The position numbers and the translations under genes are program-made. The notes beneath the pieces were generated by a model. It was given only the letters and a program-made list of their open reading frames with translations. It was not told the origin of the DNA and did not search any database. From contig CAYOUK010000002.1 in the NCBI GenBank assembly GCA_964407175.1, positions 1-39,261 on the forward strand: a DNA stretch of 39,261 nucleotides, read 5' to 3'. The DNA is from an uncultured Muribaculaceae bacterium. Its GTDB lineage: Bacteria; Bacillota_I; Bacilli_A; RF39; UBA660. This document shows, piece after piece, positions 33,113 to 39,261 of this stretch (position 1 is the first letter of the stretch; every line of letters starts with the position of its first letter).

Positions 33113-33433
33113 TTATTCATATATAATTCCTTCACAGTTAATATTTTCACATACTTCAGCGATTAACATTTTTATTTCAAACTCCGTTAAGTTAATTTCT
33201 CTTTTTTCTAATATTAATTTAATATTTTTAAGAACTAGCTTATACTTTTCTTTTGGAGATAAATCTTTATATATATGATTAATTGATTTAACACATGTCT
33301 TAGCAACTTCTTTTTCTTCAAGTAATCGAAGCCATCTAATGATTTGTTTTTTTAGTTCAAATCCAATATAACTAATTATCCCCATTAAAATAGTATAAAA
33401 AATAGTATTACCATATTGGACAAAACAAGACAT
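33113..33433 (-). CDS. Small membrane protein resembling LL-H-family phage holins
   Basis: One N-terminal TM (TIFYTILMGIISYIGF) is followed by a helical tail with LSPKEKYKLVLKNIKLILEKREINLTEFEIKMLIAEV. This matches the general pattern of LL-H-type holins as I recall it. SD AAAGGA is upstream. Confidence 0.45.
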   Translation of the reverse strand: MSCFVQYGNTIFYTILMGIISYIGFELKKQIIRWLRLLEEKEVAKTCVKSINHIYKDLSPKEKYKLVLKNIKLILEKREINLTEFEIKMLIAEVCENINCEGIIYE

Positions 33434-33469
33434 ATAATTATCCTTTCTTCTTGATATATTATATGTCTA

Positions 33470-35479
33470 TTAATTATTTTTGCTACATTCTGGGCAGTAT
33501 GTTCTCTTACCCTTTTTAACCATTAGACCATTACAGTCTGGGCAAGTCTCTCCAGTTGGTTCATCCCATAATGCATAATCACACTTAGGAAAATTATCAC
33601 AACCATAGAAAATCTTTTTTCTCTTAGTTCTTTTTTCTATTATGTTTCCACCACATTTTGGACACTTAGCATATACTTTCTTTTCTTCTGGTTTAATATA
33701 TTTACATTCTGGATAGTTAGAGCAAGCGATAAATTCACCGAATTTACCATTTCTTATAACTAAGTCACTTCCACATTCAGGGCAAGTCTCTCCAGTTTTA
33801 GTTGGAGCTTTTTTCTCCATTGTTTTAAATGCAGATTCTACAAGTGGTTCAAACTTATTATAAAAGTCTCTTAAAACTTTGACGTTGTCATAACTATCAT
33901 CAGCGATTTTATCTAAGTCTTCTTCCATCTCTGCGGTATATTTAACATTAATAATATCACTAAATGCTTCTTGAAGTTTATCCGTTATCTCAAAGCCTAT
34001 CTCTGTTGGAATAAATTTCTTGTCTTCAACAGTTACATATGAACGAGATTTTAAAGTATCCATAGTACTAGCATATGTAGATGGTCTACCTATACCAAGT
34101 GATTCCATTTCTTTAATCAAACTAGCTTCAGTATATCTTGGCGCTGGTTTAGTGAAATGTTGATCTTTTGTAATCTCTTTTGCTATAACTATCTTTGTTT
34201 TTAAGTTAGTTAAATCTGGAAGTATAACGTCTTCTGTTTTAGAATACTGTCCATATACTTTTAAGTAACCATCAAATATAAGTATTTGACCTGTTGCTTT
34301 AAACATATATTCGTTGTTTTCAAGCCAGATTGTAGTTGCATTTACTTTTGCATCAGCCATAAGTGATGCAAGTGTTCTTGCATATATTAAACTATATAAT
34401 TTATACTCTTCTGTTGATAAGTATTCTTTTATCGACTCTGGAGTTCTTGTTATATCTGTTGGACGAATTGCTTCGTGTGCATCTTGTACATTATCTTTTT
34501 TCTTTTGCACCTTAACTGCGCCCTTATATTCTTTACCAAAAGTCTTTTCAATGTAATCCATAGCAGGATACGTAAATGTTCCAGAAAGTCTTGTTGAGTC
34601 TGTACGCATATATGTAATGATACCGACTGTCTCATCACCAAGGTCAACACCTTCATATAACTTTTGAGCAATTCTCATAGTTCTAGAAGAACTAAAATTA
34701 AATAAGTTTATAGCAGCTTGCTGCATAGTACTTGTCGTAAAAGGCATAACACCTTTTTTATTTTTTACTTTAGTATCTATAGAATCGATATTAAAACACA
34801 TGGATAATTTACTAATAATTTCATTAGCTTCATCTTCTGTTTTAACTTCTATATCTTTATTTTTATATTTTTCAAGTGTAGCTTCAAATTCTTCAAATAT
34901 ACCTTTTATTGTCCAGTATTCTTCAGGGTTAAATGCTAGTATTTCTCTTTCTCTATCTACGATTAGTTTAAGTGCAACTGATTGTACTCTACCTGCGCTT
35001 TTACCAGATGTTTTAGATTGCATTAACTTAGATAATCTAAAACCAATTATTCTATCTAGCATTCTTCTAGTCTCTTGTGATTTAACTAAATCCATATCTA
35101 TATCTCTTGGATTTTCTAAAGCGCTTAAAACAGCATTTTTAGTTATTTCATTAAATACTATTCTTTCATAATTTTTAAGTCCAAGTGTATCTTTTAAATG
35201 CCAACTTATAGCTTCTCCTTCACGGTCTGGATCGCTAGCTAGATATACTTTAGCATCTTTTGTTTCTTTCTTTAAATCACTTATTAATTTTGTTTTATCT
35301 TTTATAGCAATATAGTTGGGTTCAAAATCATGTTCAACGTCAATACCAAGTCCAAATTTACCTGTTGTTGCCAAATCTCTGATATGACCTTTAGAAGAAA
35401 TTACTTTATAATCACTTCCTAAATACTTAGATATAGTTTTGGTCTTACTTGGTGATTCGACGATGATAACATTTTTCAT
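33470..35479 (-). CDS. topA: DNA topoisomerase I
   Basis: Toprim start MKNVIIVESPSKTKTI, DPDREGEAISWH, the active-site region YMRTDS and three C-terminal C4 zinc ribbons (CPECG...C..YPEC). Confidence 0.95.
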   Translation of the reverse strand: MKNVIIVESPSKTKTISKYLGSDYKVISSKGHIRDLATTGKFGLGIDVEHDFEPNYIAIKDKTKLISDLKKETKDAKVYLASDPDREGEAISWHLKDTLGLKNYERIVFNEITKNAVLSALENPRDIDMDLVKSQETRRMLDRIIGFRLSKLMQSKTSGKSAGRVQSVALKLIVDREREILAFNPEEYWTIKGIFEEFEATLEKYKNKDIEVKTEDEANEIISKLSMCFNIDSIDTKVKNKKGVMPFTTSTMQQAAINLFNFSSSRTMRIAQKLYEGVDLGDETVGIITYMRTDSTRLSGTFTYPAMDYIEKTFGKEYKGAVKVQKKKDNVQDAHEAIRPTDITRTPESIKEYLSTEEYKLYSLIYARTLASLMADAKVNATTIWLENNEYMFKATGQILIFDGYLKVYGQYSKTEDVILPDLTNLKTKIVIAKEITKDQHFTKPAPRYTEASLIKEMESLGIGRPSTYASTMDTLKSRSYVTVEDKKFIPTEIGFEITDKLQEAFSDIINVKYTAEMEEDLDKIADDSYDNVKVLRDFYNKFEPLVESAFKTMEKKAPTKTGETCPECGSDLVIRNGKFGEFIACSNYPECKYIKPEEKKVYAKCPKCGGNIIEKRTKRKKIFYGCDNFPKCDYALWDEPTGETCPDCNGLMVKKGKRTYCPECSKNN

Positions 35480-37765
35480 TTAATCATTTCCTTCCTTTTC
35501 ATTACTTTTACTTTCAAGAGCACTACTACTATTATTATCATAATTTTCAAAATAGTCAAATAAATAATTCATATAGTTGTTTCTAATAGCTAATGTGCTC
35601 ATGCTTCTAAGCTTAGTAATCTCTTCATTTCTTGCTATAATTTTTTCATCCGTTATATCTTCTCCACTTCCAGATGGAATAAATTCACCCTTAGAAGAAC
35701 TATAGAATCCTTCTTTTGATTGCCAGCTGTTATCTGGGAACACAACATATGGATCATAATCACTAAATACATCGTGTCCTAAATATAGTCTTGGATCATA
35801 TTCTATTCCAAACATATTAAGTAGTGTTGGAGTATAATCTATTGGTGATGTAATATTCGTAATTGTATCACCTGGAGTTTCACTATTATATATTATAAAT
35901 GGTGTACGATCCATTTCTTGATTTTTACTAATATCATAATTAGCAATTGACTGATATTCATCTTCAGATAATGCATATGGATAATGGTCTCCAAATAACA
36001 CTATAACAGTATCATCAAGTATGCCTCTTCTATCAAGTTCATCAAGTAAATATTCAAGTGCTAAGTCGACAACTTTAATCTTACTTAAATATCTTTTTGT
36101 ATCGATATCTAAATCTAATCCTTCAAATAAATCTAGATACATATCACCATAAGTACTAGAATACATATATGGAGTATGACTAGTAACTGTTACCATATAA
36201 GATGCAAACTTATCTTTATCTGCAAATAAAGGTATAGCTTTTTCCATCATAGTTAAGTCACTAGGCCATTCTTTATATAGTGGACTATATGTCATTCCAA
36301 GATCAGTTACTCCATAATACTTCTCTGCCCCTAAATTATATTCATATATAGACCTATAATAATAATGATCAGTAAAGTTATGATATGTACTTGTATAATA
36401 ACCATTTTTATTTAACATGGATAATAAAGCTTCTTTATATCCATTATTTTTATATGCATTAACTGTACATGTTGTTTCGATGCTATATAAACTTGTTTGA
36501 CTAATCATCTCTGATTCACCAGTTGCACAGTTATTTTTAGGACTATAGTTATTAATACCAGTAATACCTTCATTATATAGCTTATTAAGTGTTGGATAAT
36601 ATTCTTTAAATTCATCACTAAATACAGCTTCAGAGACAGATTCCATCATAATCATAACTAAGTTTTTATCTTCAAATATACCAGTATATTCATTAGTATC
36701 TGGAATATCTCTATTAATAAAGAATTTATTTAGAGTATTATATGTCACATTTTTTTCTTCATCGATTAAAGCTTCAAACTTTGTATCATCTATTTCTCTT
36801 GATGAAGATTTAAAACCTGTATTACTTAAATACTCAATATATGTTTCATCTGGCTCACCAAATAGTGTTCCCTTAACGTCTAGTAAAAAGTATACACTTG
36901 TACCATAGTTCTTAATTGCAATAGATGGATTTGATGGATACTTGAATAACTTTTTATTTGATATAGTTTGATATTTGTTTTGCATAAAACCAAAAGTAAT
37001 AGTTCCATAATATAATCCACCAAGAATCAAATATCCAAATAATACTGTTAGTAAATTATATTTATTATATTTATACTTAGCTAAATAGCCTTTATTTGTT
37101 AATTTCTTTTCAAATATATAATATAAAGATATAAGTATAAAAGGTATATATATTAGATGTGTAGTCCATTTATATGAGTTTAAAAAGTCTGCGATATAAT
37201 TAGTTACTTTAGTTCCTTGACTAGCATTCCCAAGTGACATAAATGCTCCAAGGAATCCTATAAAACCAATTTGCATCCATGCATAGAAAACAATAAATAA
37301 GTTAAATAATATATAAAATATTTTTCTAAATATATTACTTAAGTTATTACCAATTAGTGTTATTATTCCACTTATCATAATAGAACTAATAACTATTCTT
37401 AAAAGTGGCCATGAAAAAGAGAAAGTACCAAGAAGCACTTTTGTAAGTATTTCTATTAATATGATATAAACAGTTTCAATTATAAAAGACATTAGAACAC
37501 GATCTTTGTCTAATTTTATTAGATCTTTTATTTTATTTATAATTATATTAATTACTAAGTTATTATTTTTACTTTGTTTTTTCTTTTTTGTTTTTTTAAC
37601 TGTTTTCTTTTTTGGAGTTTGCTTTTTAGTTGTTGTTTTCTTTTTTACAGCCTTTTTTGGAGCAGCTTTTTTAGCTGCACTAGTTTTAGTTTTAGCCTTC
37701 GTGTTTGCTGTTTTCTTTGTCCCCGTTTTTTTCTTTTTTGTTGCTTCGTTTTCTTTTTCTTTCAT
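35480..37765 (-). CDS. LTA synthase (LtaS)-family sulfatase-fold enzyme with a Lys-rich N-terminal tail
   Basis: A ~65-aa K/T/A-rich tail, about 5 TM helices, then an extracellular sulfatase-like domain (LVMIMMESVSE, NNCATGESEMISQTSL, FGDHYP). Its stop abuts the topA start. Confidence 0.75.
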   Translation of the reverse strand: MKEKENEATKKKKTGTKKTANTKAKTKTSAAKKAAPKKAVKKKTTTKKQTPKKKTVKKTKKKKQSKNNNLVINIIINKIKDLIKLDKDRVLMSFIIETVYIILIEILTKVLLGTFSFSWPLLRIVISSIMISGIITLIGNNLSNIFRKIFYILFNLFIVFYAWMQIGFIGFLGAFMSLGNASQGTKVTNYIADFLNSYKWTTHLIYIPFILISLYYIFEKKLTNKGYLAKYKYNKYNLLTVLFGYLILGGLYYGTITFGFMQNKYQTISNKKLFKYPSNPSIAIKNYGTSVYFLLDVKGTLFGEPDETYIEYLSNTGFKSSSREIDDTKFEALIDEEKNVTYNTLNKFFINRDIPDTNEYTGIFEDKNLVMIMMESVSEAVFSDEFKEYYPTLNKLYNEGITGINNYSPKNNCATGESEMISQTSLYSIETTCTVNAYKNNGYKEALLSMLNKNGYYTSTYHNFTDHYYYRSIYEYNLGAEKYYGVTDLGMTYSPLYKEWPSDLTMMEKAIPLFADKDKFASYMVTVTSHTPYMYSSTYGDMYLDLFEGLDLDIDTKRYLSKIKVVDLALEYLLDELDRRGILDDTVIVLFGDHYPYALSEDEYQSIANYDISKNQEMDRTPFIIYNSETPGDTITNITSPIDYTPTLLNMFGIEYDPRLYLGHDVFSDYDPYVVFPDNSWQSKEGFYSSSKGEFIPSGSGEDITDEKIIARNEEITKLRSMSTLAIRNNYMNYLFDYFENYDNNSSSALESKSNEKEGND

Positions 37766-38381
37766 TTAAATCACTTCCGTCTATTATGCTTTTTATCGGT
37801 TCAAAAGTTTTCCTATGTTTATCAAGAACACCTAAAGCTAAAACGCTTTCTACATGTTTTTTTGTTGGATAGCCTTTGTGACTTGCAAAACCATAACCTG
37901 GATGAATTTTGTCTTCTTCTTCCATCATTCTATCTCTAGTTACTTTTGCTATAACACTTGCTGCTGCAATAGATAAACTCTTAGAATCACCTTTAATAAT
38001 GCTTGTTGATGGAATGTCTAAATTCTCTAGTTTCATTGCATCTATTAGCACATGCTCTGGTTTAACTTTAAGCTTATTTATTGCTTCATACATAGCTTCT
38101 TTTGTCGCTTCATAAATATTAATTTCATCGATAACTTCGTTTGATTTTTCACCAATCCCAATAGCTATCGCATCGCGACATATTATATCATAAAATTTAT
38201 CTCTTTGCCTAGGGGTTAATTTCTTAGAATCTGTAAGTCCTTCTAATTTATAACCTTTTTTAAGTATTACTGCAGCGGTAACAACAGGGCCATATAATGG
38301 CCCTCTTCCAACTTCATCAACACCTGCAATATACTTTATTCCTTCATCATATAATTTGTTCTCATATTCAAGTAAATTCAT
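37692..38381 (-). CDS. rnhB: Ribonuclease HII
   Basis: GVDEVGRGPLYGPVV and ...DSKKLT...DAMK...KGDS.S..IAAAS..AKV.RD motifs. I placed the start at ATG 38381 (SD GGAGA). The 3' end overlaps the next gene by 74 nt. Confidence 0.9.
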   Translation of the reverse strand: MNLLEYENKLYDEGIKYIAGVDEVGRGPLYGPVVTAAVILKKGYKLEGLTDSKKLTPRQRDKFYDIICRDAIAIGIGEKSNEVIDEINIYEATKEAMYEAINKLKVKPEHVLIDAMKLENLDIPSTSIIKGDSKSLSIAAASVIAKVTRDRMMEEEDKIHPGYGFASHKGYPTKKHVESVLALGVLDKHRKTFEPIKSIIDGSDLNERKRKRSNKKEKNGDKENSKHEG

Positions 38382-38382
38382 A

Positions 38383-39249
38383 TTATCTCCTATCAAAAGT
38401 AACACCACTTATATTAGATGATCTTATATCATTAAGTATAAATCTAGATACTCTATCAAAATCTATTTCACCATTTAAATATGGAATACCAAGTTTTATA
38501 GTTATTACATAATAATCAATTAAAATATCTTCCCTAAGTATATCTAGTCCATATCTTGATTTTAGTTTCTCAGGATAATAATCATTTAGTTTTTTAAGGA
38601 TATGATATGAAACTTCTTTAACAGGCACTATTCTTTCAGCGATAGAATTCATACTAGCAAGGTTTAAAGCTACTTCATCACTTTCAAATTTTGGATAAAG
38701 CATACCTGGAGAATCAAGTAGTAAAAAGTTCCCTGCTTTAAGCCATGATAGATTTTTAGTAAATCCAGGAGTATTAGCAGCCTTTGCAACTTTTTTCTTA
38801 GCAATAGCATTAATAAATGTACTCTTTCCAGAATTTGGCACACCAAAAACAAGCGCTCTTGGTTCTTTAGCTTTTAAGCCCTTAGATTTTCTTCTTTCAT
38901 TTATTACATCACTTACTTCATTTAATTTACTTATTAGTTTCTTGTAATCATTTCTATCTCTTAAATCAACTAAGACAACACTTTCACCATTATCTTCATA
39001 ATACTTAATCCATTTATTAGTTTCATTTAAATCACATATATCTTTTTTAGTCATAACTATAATATGTTCTTTATTCTTAACTATCTTTTCTAAATCAATT
39101 ATTCTAGAAGATAGTGGCATTCTAGCATCAACTATTTCTATTACAAAATCTATTATAGGCATTAACTTAGAGATTTCCTCTCTAGTTTTTTTCATATGCC
39201 CTGGATACCACTTGATTACGGTTTTATTAAACCCTTTTTCTTCGTTCAT
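38383..39249 (-). CDS. rbgA: Ribosome biogenesis GTPase A (YlqF/RbgA)
   Basis: WYPGHMKK, the circularly permuted GTPase order (MTKKD before GVPNSGKST) and DSPGML. The frame is open to the window edge, so the start (ATG 39249 or TTG 39258) is uncertain. Confidence 0.9.
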   Translation of the reverse strand: MNEEKGFNKTVIKWYPGHMKKTREEISKLMPIIDFVIEIVDARMPLSSRIIDLEKIVKNKEHIIVMTKKDICDLNETNKWIKYYEDNGESVVLVDLRDRNDYKKLISKLNEVSDVINERRKSKGLKAKEPRALVFGVPNSGKSTFINAIAKKKVAKAANTPGFTKNLSWLKAGNFLLLDSPGMLYPKFESDEVALNLASMNSIAERIVPVKEVSYHILKKLNDYYPEKLKSRYGLDILREDILIDYYVITIKLGIPYLNGEIDFDRVSRFILNDIRSSNISGVTFDRR

Positions 39250-39261
39250 TTGGATCAACTC

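Noticed and set aside
33113-33433. Prophage remnant around the holin-like gene
   Set aside because: There are no other phage-like genes, integrase or att-like repeats. The neighbours are topA and spoVIF.
37506-37939. Plus-strand F-rich ORFs (87 and 121 aa) opposite the Lys-rich start of the LtaS-like gene
   Set aside because: Poly-Phe translation is the mirror image of AAA/AAG lysine codons, so this is not credible coding.
1-39261. Mobile-element boundaries for the two accessory blocks (integrase, transposase, tRNA target, flanking direct repeats)
   Set aside because: None were found by reading. Both blocks are bounded only by ordinary terminators and housekeeping genes, so I make no genomic-island claim beyond atypical content.

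Overview
AT-rich (about 70% A+T by eye) chromosomal window from an endospore-forming low-GC Firmicute, since spoIVA and spoVIF are present. Roughly half is ordinary housekeeping: rnc-smc, scpA-scpB, hup, spoIVA, topA, rnhB, rbgA, an LtaS-family enzyme, a YfhO-family membrane protein and dinD. Two accessory blocks, both on the minus strand, stand out. (i) 1.57-15.78 kb holds a Tad/Flp-like type IV filament operon: CpaB-like, TadA/CpaF-like ATPase, TadB/TadC-like platform proteins, a 91-aa pilin, two TadE-like minor pilins and a TadZ-like protein with a lysine-less P-loop. No prepilin peptidase is present. Directly upstream is a separate two-gene unit encoding a 1702-aa secreted giant protein with four copies of a C-x-C-x5-CCY cysteine cluster. 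Two paralogous small type-I membrane proteins flank that giant gene. (ii) 25.5-30.8 kb holds a TasA/SipW-like fibre operon. It encodes a 191-aa TasA-like subunit, an ER/archaeal-type signal peptidase fused to a ~245-aa polytopic membrane domain, and a two-TM accessory protein. It also encodes a 788-aa protein with the same leader motif, an FN3 domain, a Hint (hedgehog/intein-like) autoprocessing domain and an unknown C-terminal domain. An orphan HerA-like ATPase and spoVIF lie just upstream of block (ii). I saw no tRNA, rRNA, CRISPR array, transposase or integrase. All family assignments come from motif and architecture reading by eye and need HMM or structure confirmation.
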